Below, one piece after another: positions 40,257-53,200 of a stretch of DNA of 64,000 nucleotides. Under the pieces are notes generated by a model. That model made no database searches. It saw only the letters and a list, made by a program, of their open reading frames with translations, and was not told where the DNA came from. The translations under genes and the position numbers were made by a program. Every line of letters starts with the position of its first letter. The first letter of the stretch is position 1. Where the stretch lies: assembly GCA_002633005.1 (NCBI GenBank), contig NMRA01000051.1, forward strand, positions 1,208,761 through 1,272,760, read 5' to 3'. The DNA is from Phoronis australis. Taxonomy: Eukaryota; Animalia; Phoronida.

Positions 40257-41245
40257 GAGCAAAGAACTTTGTTGGGCGAAAGTCTTTGAAGTTTACTGCC
40301 TACGACGAACACTAATCCTCCATGAACCCAATCGAACATCTGCCTGCAATACAAGGTCAGTTTGACTGGATACCCTGAAAGATCGAGGTGCGTGGTTAGA
40401 CTCCATTTGGGAGACAATGAGTGTGAGACATGTCTTCGCCACAGAAGCTGCTGTATTCTACATTCCAAGACCACTGCGCTTCTGTTTGCCACATCATGTT
40501 CGCACAACAATCCGGACCCCTTGCTCTAGTCTACTGATGAGAACAACATCAAGGACTTTGTTCACTACAGCTAAACACATGAAACATACATTCACATAGA
40601 TCTGTACATATGAATTTGAGGTATGGCAATAATTAAGACACGTTGATTTGTGTGTATGTATTTCGTGGTGTTACCACCAATACATTTGTGTGCGGGTGAA
40701 ATAACTATAAAAACGGACGTTGGACAAAGAATGAAATGCCGTAAACAAAAAAAAAAAAATTGGATGGCAATTGCAAATAATACTTAAAAGCATTGCACAG
40801 GTTTTAGGTGATATTTGTTTCCTAACTCAAGCATGTATCACCATGTGTAGCGTAACCCGAGTCCCTTACAGTGCCTTACACCATAGACTTATAATCATTA
40901 CTTGTTATTATCTTTGATTACACTAGCTCAGGTAGCCGTGCTCAGAATGACTTCTGGTAAGATGGGCAATAAAAAGCGCCACAAGAGATGTTGTAAGACA
41001 GCTCATGCCCCTTATTTTGTAAACACATATTTTTAAACTACACCCAAAACATACTCAAACAATGGAGTGTTGAGCAAACTCAACCCTGAGTGCATTGCTG
41101 CACAACTCGCAACTGACGTCTGCTGCTCCTCGAGGTTCTCGAGTTTCCTTTGTTGTTTACTCCGGAAACGGTTGTTTCCCACAATGCAACTTACCATTTT
41201 TCTCAGAAAACGGAGACGTACGTGCGTGTGTCTAAAAATTTCGTT

Positions 41246-44200
41246 ATGTTTTTGTTGAGGATTGTAAGCGTTTTTTGTTGCACTGGATTTTGTTTGGGTA
41301 AGTTTAGTGCGCCAGATTCTAAAGATTCAACTTAGGTGATGGAAGGGGAGCCTTGGTTGCGGTCAGGGCTCGACGCTATTAAAATCGCCAGGTTAACGAC
41401 TATTTAGTCTATGCTCACGCACAAGCCTACTCCTAGACCTAGGCAATGACCGTCGCCTCTGTTGGCCCGAAGCAGAGGCGATGTGGAGGCTATAGGCGCT
41501 CTGTACGCCGGAAGCTTTTCGGCGAATTATGCCTCACACCGACTAAACCATCAAAGTCACGTTGTTATAATACCTTTTGCGCATAGAGGAACACCTTAGG
41601 AGGTTGTCGATGTGTTTAAGTCCTTCCAACTCCAACAAATACTACCGTTATGAAACTTTTTCTTCGATCAGTCCCTATTTCAGTTCCCAAAATTGTGAAA
41701 TCAAAATTTTTGTACTGCGCACGCTCCAATATTTACCGCGCTCGCTAGGTGATGTGACTTCATAACCTCAAGAATTTTTAAATAGGCCAAAGGTGAGCCA
41801 TTGCGGTCTTGTCAGTCAAATGTTCGTTTCCAAAATGCCACCACTTATGCTTGTCTTTAATTGGCGTTACTTGAAACTGTTTGTATTTCAATGAATTATT
41901 GTTCGTAATTGATAAAAATAAATGCTGTTGATATGACATTTAATAGTCTTTGTGCACATATTTGGCATTTTAATGTTTAACAACACGGCAAATGCACGGC
42001 TGGTTCCCGGCAGCACGTACGCAAAGGGCGGGAACTTCTGCTTTCAAAGTTCGCCGGTAGGATCGCAACTTCTGACCTTCGGCCTGGTTAAAAAAAAAGA
42101 AAATTTTGATTTCACGATTTTGGGAACTGAAATAGGGACTGATCGAAGAAAAAGTTTCATAACGGGAATATTTGTTGGAGTTGGAAGGACTTAAACACAT
42201 CGACAACCTCCTAAGGTGTTCCTCTATGCGCAAAGGGTATTTATAACAACGTGACTTTGATGGTTTAGTCGGTGCGAGGCATAATTCGCCGAAAAGCTTC
42301 CGGCGTACAGAGCGCCTATAGCCTCTACATCGCCTCTGCTTCGGGCCAACAGAGGCGATGGTCATTGCCTAGCCTACTCCCTACCTTTGAAGTGTTTCAC
42401 AATAAGCGCTCACTGATCTTCCTAAGCGTTTCCCCTCAACTAGTTGCCGACGTGAAAGTTGACTCAGTCACTCAGTGCTCTCTAACTGACTTGTGCATTC
42501 GAGTAGCAAAATTTGCGATGTGAAAAGGGATTTTGTTCGATCTGACCTGCTACTGGCTGTCATCAAAGTCGTTAACGATTTAAACTAACTAACTCGGGTA
42601 ATGGCGAGTTTGCTCCTCAATACCTTCCAAGTACGTGAAAAATATGTCAGTCACAAAACGACACGCATGTCACTAGTGTTAACTTTCTTTCCGAGGTATA
42701 AAACAAAGCCGGGATTTGGTTTTTACATATTGTGAAAAGACGTTTTTGAAAACTGAAGTTTTGTAAAATGAAAGTGACACACCATACATGTATAAGCTGC
42801 GTGTCAATTTTAAACCACACACGGTCGTTTGTAATGCGCTATCATGGGCGCTAGCTTGAAGTGTGAGCGCTTAATTTAAAATTCTCAAACTTTAAGGGGG
42901 GACTTTTAATAGATCAATGAAACACTTTAAAGGTTGGGAGTAGGCTTGTGCGTGAGCATAGTCGTTAACCTCAGTGTTTGCGGTAATGAGATATTAAAAC
43001 GCTGCAATGGTAAGAAACGTTATAATAATACGATTTTGCGAGGCCGAAACTCCATCTAGTAGGGGTGACTTTCTGGATATCGTTACCACCTACATTGTAC
43101 CCTTTTTAGTCACCCGGAATAATGTTGTTTTTAACTGCTCGCTTCAGCCGGAAGAAGGTTGTTTCTATAGGAGTCTGAACATTTTACGGCGACGTTGGTT
43201 CGGGGAGCGAAAAGTTGCCGAGGGGGGGAGGGTGTATAAAAAGAAGAATGAAAAGTTCGCTAACTTGAAGCACAATTTCGCATCTTGTGCCAGTTTAGTT
43301 GCAATAGCTGGCTACGGGCATAGAATACAGGGTTTACAGAACATCGACCTAGGGAAACATCGGAACAGGAACACGTCAGTTCTGGGTTATATCGGTCCCT
43401 GGACATCGGGTCTTTTATAACCGCTGGGAATCTGAGTTCATTTTCAAATAAACCAGAGCCAAGCCGGACGGGTATACTCTTTCATTTAGGACTGTCGCTG
43501 TTCTTTGAAGTGGTGCGCACGCGTGAGTTCACGCACTTGAATCGCTGGAGTAGGCCTACACTTTACGTTGACAACAGTGTGTGAAAGACAAATCATATTT
43601 CGTGCACGTAGCCCCAGAAACAAGTAAAGGGTTTCAGAATTTTTTGGCAACTGAAAGTAAAGATGTGACCGTCGTTTGGCGATTTTGGTCATTTTCACTT
43701 TGGCTGTCTTAATACAATAAAAAAGGAGAAGCATATCTCAGTCTAAGTCACGATTGTCTGCCGAGACCGCTTGCACGCTAACGGTACCGCAGTGCGATAT
43801 CAGGGATATTGTCGTAGATATTCGGTACATGTAATACGGACATCTTGTGTGAAAAATAAAAATTTTTATCCACCACAAAGTTTGGTAAGTTGATCGCTTA
43901 AGAATTAGTAGAAACACCGTTGTTTTGTGAAGTTGTATCACGTGTTAAGCAGTGGCCCGAATCTTTCTTCGGCGAATCTGGGATTTTACAAAAGTGGCCG
44001 AAAGTGTTAGCCAATGAAACGATTCTGCATAATCCCATGTTCACGCGACTTGCTTACCGGGAGGGCTGTTCTCGGTTAGTGTTCTTTTGAACTTGGATTT
44101 GGCAACAACCAAATAACGGTCGGATTAACAAGAGCTGCTTTGTATTTGCCAGGTATCTGTTGAGAAGTGTAAAAACTCAGCTCGCATTCGTTGGAAATTC

Positions 44201-47200
44201 CAGGTCGCATTTTGCGACTTGATACGAGCTGACAAAAATCTCAGCTCGCATTTCCAAATTTCAGGTCGCAAATGCGACCTGCAGCTCGTTATGTCGAGCC
44301 CTGGGTCTAAAGCCAACAATTGTTGTTAATGTTAGAAACTCTAACGATTTTCACGGTGAGCGAATTATACAAATTACAAGTTCCGTACGAATCTCGGCAA
44401 TATGATTATGATCGGCACAAGGTTTTTGCCTTATGGTTGACCAACCCATGATTTTCTAGTTATTTTGTTTAAAGTTGTCACGGCTTGTATGCCGGGAGTT
44501 ACGGTTTGTTATTATCGAATATGGCCAATGGATCCTTTTGGATACTTCTTTATGTGAAGCACGCGCAAATTGAACGTTCAGCGTCAGTTCAGTCTTACGG
44601 TTTATTTTCAACTTCGGTTCCTGTCTGCGCTTGATATTTGGAATATTGTGTGGTGAATATGCAGTGAGTGTAATAATGACTGTGAAGCCAAGGCCTCTCT
44701 AAATCGCTCGCCAGCTGTAGGCCTAACAGGCAATATTGCTCTTTTACTTTGGTCTCCAAATGTGTTGATGGGGATCATACCGTTGGCAGAGGACTGGACA
44801 GTCTGGCTGTTACGTAATTTCGTTACTTTATTTTACACACAAACACTGAGCGATGAAAACGGGGGTTGGCTATCTTGTCATGTTGAACATGCTGATCAAT
44901 TTTTTTACAAAAACCGGTTCAAAGACTGGTTAGGTTGTTTTTTAACGTGAAGCAATGCATACAAATGTTTTGGATGACTGCCGACAATAAACTTTTTAAG
45001 CTGTGATTGAAAATTTGAAAGAAAAAATCGAAGCAAGAATTTTCAAGTATTTGACCGCCATTTTTTCAGTCCGCTCAGGAAGGTGGTATTTGTTTACGAC
45101 ATTGACCTACACACATGATTCTGGNNNNNNNNNNNNNNNNNNNNNNNNNNNNNNNNNNNNNNNNNNNNNNNNNNNNNNNNNNNNNNNNNNNNNNNNNNNN
45201 NNNNNNNNNNNNNNNNNNNNNNNNNNNNNNNNNNNNNNNNNNNNNNNNNNNNNNNNNNNNNNNNNNNNNNNNNNNNNNNNNNNNNNNNNNNNNNNNNNNN
45301 NNNNNNNNNNNNNNNNNNNNNNNNNNNNNNNNNNNNNNNNNNNNNNNNNNNNNNNNNNNNNNNNNNNNNNNNNNNNNNNNNNNNNNNNNNNNNNNNNNNN
45401 NNNNNNNNNNNNNNNNNNNNNNNNNNNNNNNNNNNNNNNNNNNNNNNNNNNNNNNNNNNNNNNNNNNNNNNNNNNNNNNNNNNNNNNNNNNNNNNNNNNN
45501 NNNNNNNNNNNNNNNNNNNNNNNNNNNNNNNNNNNNNNNNNNNNNNNNNNNNNNNNNNNNNNNNNNNNNNNNNNNNNNNNNNNNNNNNNNNNNNNNNNNN
45601 NNNNNNNNNNNNNNNNNNNNNNNNNNNNNNNNNNNNNNNNNNNNNNNNNNNNNNNNNNNNNNNNNNNNNNNNNNNNNNNNNNNNNNNNNNNNNNNNNNNN
45701 NNNNNNNNNNNNNNNNNNNNNNNNNNNNNNNNNNNNNNNNNNNNNNNNNNNNNNNNNNNNNNNNNNNNNNNNNNNNNNNNNNNNNNNNNNNNNNNNNNNN
45801 NNNNNNNNNNNNNNNNNNNNNNNNNNNNNNNNNNNNNNNNNNNNNNNNNNNNNNNNNNNNNNNNNNNNNNNNNNNNNNNNNNNNNNNNNNNNNNNNNNNN
45901 NNNNNNNNNNNNNNNNNNNNNNNNNNNNNNNNNNNNNNNNNNNNNNNNNNNNNNNNNNNNNNNNNNNNNNNNNNNNNNNNNNNNNNNNNCCTCAAAAACG
46001 CACTTCTCGGGGGTGGCGACGGGGCACTGCCGGGAATCAACACAGACGGAATGGCATCCTTCTTCAGGCGTTGTTTCGCAGGGACCTTCATCAGTTCAGC
46101 GTACAAATCCCTTTCGTAACCGGAGGGCAGAAAGTGCTTGCCACACACACGGCAATTCTCCACTGCTTTGTACGTTGCATGGACGGGTATGCTGCGTTCT
46201 TCACACGAACGAGCCAATTACGGCGAAGTGTGTCATCCATCGAAAGCGATGCAAAGGTACTCCCAAAGCGCGCGTGAGCCGATAACTAGTAAATTCCGGT
46301 ACGCAGCAACAGTGTGGCATGACTAGTAAATGAAAGCAAACGACGACGGAACTTAACACAACCAAGGTAGAGCAATGACTGACTCGGCAGCTCTCACAGT
46401 CAGACTATATGAAAAGAAATTGCCGCGAAATGCCTGCCTCCTAAAACGTCACTTCCGCAGAAGCGGATGAGTAATTAATAAAATTACGAAAAGTTGTAAT
46501 TAAGTGGAAAATATGTCTAGGATAATCAACCAACTTTATTTTAGCTCAAAATGACATGGAAAAAGGTTGCCTTCGCCTATAAATTGCCAGGTCGCATTTT
46601 GCAACCTAGCCATAATCCAAGGTCGCATTTTCAAAATCCAGCTCGCAATCATAAATGCCAGGTCGCAAAAATTTCTGCCATTTTTACGCACCAAAATTGA
46701 TTTTTTAGATCATCGAGAAAATGTTTAGATTATGCTCTTATCTGCAGCGTTAAATACTCGCAAATTTCAGATCCCAAAATTGACTTCGTTCATGCAGGTA
46801 CGGCGTTACTGTTCTTCTCGACCGCCATTGAAACTCTCTAGAGCGCAAGGCAAGTTGCCGACGTGAATGTTGAATTAGTGCTCTCTAACTGACATGTGCA
46901 TTCGAGTAGCTAAGTCTGCGATGTGAAAGGGGAGAAAATGCCCGTTGAAAAAGTATATGGGATTTTGCTAGGTCTGACCTGCTGCTAGCTGTCAGCAAAG
47001 TCGTTAAAGAGTCAAACCAACTCCGAGTGCAAATTTCCTCCGCTTTTTGTTCGCAGCCCAAATTTTGCAGCTTAAGTGGACATTTGAAAAATTTCTGTCG
47101 AAAAAAATCTGTGAAAGCATGCCCTAACCGAATGAACAATTCAGTGCAAATTTTACAACTTATGCTGTTTACGTAATCGGCAATTAGTTTTCTATGAATT

Positions 47201-50200
47201 GAATAGCCTCAAAATAATTCCTGACTCCCTCCGTGAAGGTTTCCATCGGGTAATGGCAAGTTTGCTCCTCAATACCTTCCAAGTACGGGAAAAATAGGTC
47301 AGTCACAAAACGACACGCATGTCAATAGTGTTAACTTTCTTTCGGAGGTATAAAACAAAGCCGGGATTTGGTTTTTACATATTGAGAAAAGAAGTTCTTT
47401 TGAACTGAATTTGTTGTGTAAAATGAGAGTGAACACCATATAGGCTCCGTGTCAATTTTAAAGCACGCGGGGTCGTTTGTAGTGCGTTATGATGGGCGCT
47501 AGCCTGAACTGTAGGCGCTTAATAGGAAATTCCCAAAAGTTGAGGGGAAACGCTTAGTAGATCAGTGAGCGCTTATTGTGAAACACTTCAAAGGTAGGGA
47601 GTAGGCTTGTGCGTGAGCATAGTCGTTAACCTGAGTGTTCGTGGTAATAAGATATTAAAAGACTACAATGGTAAGACACGTTATAATAATACGATTTTGC
47701 GAGGCAAACTCCATCTAGTAGAGGTAACTTTCTGGATATCATTACCACCTAAACTGTACCCTTTTTAGCCACCCGGAATAATTTTTTTTTTTAATTGCCC
47801 GCTTCAGCCGGAACAAGATTGTTTCTATTGGAGTCTGAACATTTTTATGGCGGCGGGCATAGAATATCGGGTTTAGAGAACATCGACCTTGGGAAACATC
47901 GGAACCGGAAAATATCAGTTCTGGGTTATGCCAGTCGAGGGTGAATATCGTAAAGCATTGGGTCTTTAATAACCATTGGCACCCGGGTGCTTAACAGAGC
48001 CAAGTCGGTATACTCTTTCATGTAAGACTGTCGCTATTCTCTTTTGTTGTGCAGCTTTGAACTGGTGCACACGCATGAGTTCACGCACTTGAATGGCTGG
48101 AATAGGCCTACACTTTACGTTGGCAACAATGCGTGAAAGACAAATCATATTTCGTGCATGTAGCTCCAGAAACAAGTAAGGGGTTTGAGAATTTCTTGGC
48201 AACTGAAAGTAAAGATGTGATCATTGTTTGGGGAATAATAGGGTTGTCATTTTAACTTTGGCTGTCTTATGGGATTAAAATGATTGTCTGCCGGGACTGC
48301 TTGCACACTAACAACAGGACCGACCAGTGCCGCAGTGTGATATCGCATATTGTCGTGGATATTTGGTACATGTAATAAGGACATCTTATGCGAAAAATGA
48401 ACATATTTGTCCACCACTGAGTTTGGTAACTTGATCGCTTAAGAATTAATAGAAACACCGCTGCTTTGTGACGTCTTATCACGTGTTATGCAGTGGCCCG
48501 AAACTTTCTTCGGCGAATCTGGAAATTTGCAAAAGTGGCGGAAAATGTTAGCCAATGAAACGCATCAAAGATCAATTTTGCATATCCCGCGTTCACGCGA
48601 CTTGCTTACAAGTCATTGGTAGGGCTGTTCTCAGTTAGTGTTCTTTTGAACTTGGATTTGGCAACATCAAAATAATGGTCAGATTAACAAGAGTTGCTTT
48701 ATATTTGCCAGGTATCTGCCGAGAAGTGTAAAAACTCAGCTCGCATTCGTTGGAAATTCCGGGTCGCATTTTGCGACTTGATAGGAGCTGACAAAAATCT
48801 CAGCTCGCATTTCCAAATTTCAGGTCGCATTTACGACACAGCTCGTTATGTCGAGCCCTGGCACTATTTCCTGGTTGACACTGCCATGTTAGCTCAACTC
48901 AAGATTACAGCGACACTTGTTATTAATGACATAGTATGGAGGACAAGTAGCAGCATTTCACATTTTCCAATTTTTTATAATTGTGATCACTTGACAAGTT
49001 TTCCACGAAGTTGTCTGCAGTGATAGGCCTACCCTTTTCACCTGAGAATTTGGACCTCAAAAATAACCTCCGCTTTTTTCGTGGATTCTTGCTAACAGAT
49101 GCATACCATACCAATGTCACCACAGGATCAAATTCGAACCCTTGGGACCATAAATCGGGCAGGGGTCTCGGTCAATTTGAACTTATGAAAAACGACGATC
49201 TCCAGAAGGTGGTAGATTACGGTAGTTCAGTTTTTGACCAACGGGACTCTTTCCATTCAACACGACGATATTTCTACTGAGTACAGGGGAATAGTACGAG
49301 GAGAAATTTCACGAAAAAATACTAAGGGAACGGGGTAGGAAAAATTTCTGTGTACTTTTGGAAAGATAATTTTGCAAGGAATCGAACGATACCAAAATCA
49401 TAAATGTGTAAGTCAATGTCGTCATATTGTAAACAATTATCAGGACGGTTACTAATGGTTACAGCCGTACAAAAGTAATGTTTGAATTTTGTGACAAACT
49501 GGGACAAAAAGGTCGATACATTGCTTTGAGACCTTCTACAGGCCCACTCACAAGTGTTGATTTATGTCCACAGCCCCTGCTCGGCCACCTACCTCCCTGC
49601 TTGAGGAATTTTGGAAGAATATGAAATGGTTTTGTTAACTGTGCAATATTGTAATGGCGGCTTCCAGTGGTCTCTGCCATTTTTCACAGTGACAAGATTT
49701 TTCATCTACACCTATGTGGTCACGTGACCTGTTATTTCAAGTATAGCCCTAAGGTGGTGCTCTCACTGGTCACCCGCTGATGACCATGCCTATTTATCTA
49801 AGGCACAGGCGTCGTTATCTTCTTCTTCTTGGTTTAAGTGACCACACTCTCTCCAGAGTATTATGTCACTGTATAACAATGAAGATTAACAAAAACGAGA
49901 ACTACTATAACAGGTTTACAAGGATATATATGCATACTGTGAGCGTCACCGCAGAGGTCAGTTACTATAGCTATATCGTTAACAGATAAGGCAGTCGGTA
50001 ATCGGGTGCTCCAAATGAAGCACCCCACTATGTTACTTCAGAAAGGCAGATAGCTTGCTGACAAAGATATCAAGAGAAGGGACTGATGTAATGCAGCCCG
50101 GCAAGCTATTCCAGTCTGCGACTGTTTTAGGAAAGAATGTCTTTTTCCTGTAATCCATCCTATTTATTGGAATACTATAGTTGGATGACCTTCTGGTACA

Positions 50201-53200
50201 GATGCCTGAGATAGTAAGATCTGTGGTGGGCGCAACATCAGAGTTTATGATCACCGACTTCTTGTCATATTTGTAAAACATTTTCAGCCAACAGATTTTG
50301 CATGTGTGGCTGAGGGTGGACCATTTTAGGGTTTTTAGCATTGAACCAACAGATATAGATGACTGAACCGTCTCGTGACCCAGCGAGCAGCTCTCCTCGG
50401 TACTTTCTTTACAGCTGCAATGTCTTTTTGGGTATAAGGGTCCCAAACAGTAGAGGCGTATTCCAAGGTGGGTTGAACCATTGTTTTATATGCAAACTCC
50501 TTACATCGTTGGCTGCTTATACGCAAGTTTCGCCGAAGAAAGCCCAGAGTTTTATTCGCTTTTTTCTGGATGTTGCTTATGTGGGATGACCATTTGAGGA
50601 CATGTGAGATGGTAACGCCCAAATATTTAGCCTCCTTGACTGGCTTTCGCGTGTGATTGTGGAGTACATATGAGGTGGTCTGGATTTGGCGTTTTCTGGT
50701 CAGGGTGAGGGCACTACACTTGTCTGGGTGGAAAGCCATAAGCCACTTGTCCTACCACAGAGCAAGACTATCTGAATCTTTCTGCAGAGCTTCTCTGTCA
50801 GTGGGGGAGTTAGCAATGTTGTAACAAATTGTATCATCTGCAAAGGGTCTGATCTTACCAGACAAGCCAAGGGGAATGGGGTTTATGTATAATAGGAACA
50901 AGCAGGGGCCCAATACTGAGCCTTGGGGTAGGCACCTATTAGTGAGATGAAGCTATCCTCTCGTTTTTGGATGGATGTTCTCCGTAGTTTGTGCCACCTA
51001 GTGGCCATTTTTAGTATTTTCGAGTCTGTTTTTTGCATCCACCCCCCTATCAACCAAACCGCTCAAAGGATTATTGTGAAAATTTGCATATATGTGCTTT
51101 CTATGAAGAGAACGATTGACAATGATTTTCCGACAATTTCGACTACTGTGGCGCCTCCTAGTGGCAGTTTCTTTTTTGTGCCTATGGCTGTATCTCCTAA
51201 ACCGTTCGCAGGATATTCATATGATGTTAACAACAGACGATGACTACTTTTGGATGGATCCGACTACCGGTGTGCCCCCTAGTGGCAATTTTATTTTTTT
51301 ACGTTTACCTTTGTATCTTCAAAAGTCCTTAACGGATTTTCATGAAATTTAATATGTTGGCACCTATTAATGAGGTGACCCTATCTCCCCATTTTCGCAT
51401 AGATTTGACGTAGTTTGGGCCACCTAATGGCCATTTTTACTGTTTTCAGGTCTGTTTTTTGCGTCCACCCCTCAACCAAACCGCTCAAAGGATGATTGTG
51501 AAAATTGGCATGTATGTGCTTACTATAAAGCGAACAGTTGACAATGATTTTACGACGATTTCAACTACTGTGGCGCCTCCTAGTGGCATTTTTGTTTTTG
51601 TTGCGCTTATTGCTGTATCTCCTAAACCGTTCACAGGATCTTTACGTAATTTAGGAACTGTTTTTGTATGATGTTGACTACGGATGATGATGACTTTCAG
51701 ACAGATCTTACTACTGCTGTGTCTCCTAGTGGCAATTTTAGTTTTTTACGTTTAACTCGGTATCTTCAAGGGTCTTCAACATAAAATTTTAAATATAGGC
51801 ATCTATTTGGTGTAATGATGCTGTCTGCCTGTTTTTTGATGGAATCGAGGTATTTTGCATCACCTAGTGACCACTTTTGCTGTTTTCAAATCTTGTTTTG
51901 GTGTCCTTCCCTGCATCAACCAAATCATTTAAAAATTGGCAAAAAAGTCTCAGTATGAAGAAGACCTTTGATGATGGTGACTCTCTACTGTGGCGCCTCC
52001 TAGTGGTAGTTTTGTTTTGCACCCATAGTTATATTTCTTAAACCCACTGCAGGATCTGTACTAAATTTAGTAAGTGTATTTATATGAAGATAACAACAGA
52101 CGACGACGACTTTCAGGCGGATCCAACGGACACAGTGCCCACTAGTGGCCATTTCATTTTATTCTGTTTTCCTTTGTTTCTCTGAAGTTCCTTGGCAGAT
52201 TTTTATGAAATATGGCATGTTCCCGTTTTTGAATGGATTGTATATTTTTCGCGCCATCTAGTTTCCATTTTTACGATACAAATAAATAACCCTAAATGCA
52301 CACCATTTGCAATGCATTCGTGGGCGCATTTCAACGCTCTGCATTGCTCTTTTTATTATTAGTTTTCTGAAAACAGGAGTCAGAAAATATCTGAAGAGTC
52401 AACTCGTCGCTAACATGTGGTCTATAGTAGGAGCATACCAACAGTTTGCGACGTCCTTTAAGTTGGATGGTTGCCCAGATGAGTTCGCAGTGTTCCCTGG
52501 AGAGTGATGTTTCTTCAGAACAAGTGAGGGTATTTAGTACAGCAATTAAAACACCACCTCCGTGTTTGTTATAGCCAGCCAGGTAGCTGTGTAAAGACTA
52601 TCGTCAAAGTACAAATAGGTACCGCTGTGTGTTGAGCTCTGTGAGACCCCAAGATTTCACGCAGCCCGGGTGGTTCTGCTCGTCAACTTACCGTGAAACT
52701 TATATCAACACGTAGAGCTAACGGCCGGCAGAGGTGCATGCAAAATCTGGGAGTCATTACCCAACTCTCATCTTGCCTGTTGCAGCTGTTTAAGTGAAAA
52801 ACAAAGAAAATTCTGTCATTGTTTTGAAAACAGTACACTTGTGACACACACATACCATAAAATTTTGCGACATCTCTCGGGAGATGGTGACGGCAGCAAA
52901 ATTTGTTCTGAAATTTGGTTTGTTGGTAATGCATGTATGAACAATTACAATGTAGAAATGCCTATAGTATGTGCTTGAATTGCTTTAACATTTCGAAATG
53001 GTGACTTGTCAAACTCGCATTTGCATAAACCTCCGGAATACAGGTGTTGAACAAGCTAATATGTACTACCCCCTTCTGTTTTTTTACGCCATGTTCTTGA
53101 ATTCCTCTAGGTCTCCACTGTTTCAAGTGCCAGGATGTGGAACTAGACTCGGACAGTAGTGTGGTGAAGTCTCTGATTGGACCATTACCGACTAACAAAG

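Noticed and set aside
43486-43941. ORFs shared between hAT copies A and B (47966-48482)
   Set aside because: The similarity reflects repeat homology; indels break the frames and no transposase motif is visible.
45003-46277. Long 334-424 aa ORFs in the track
   Set aside because: Artefacts of the 865-N assembly gap; only the minus-strand THAP remnant is meaningful.
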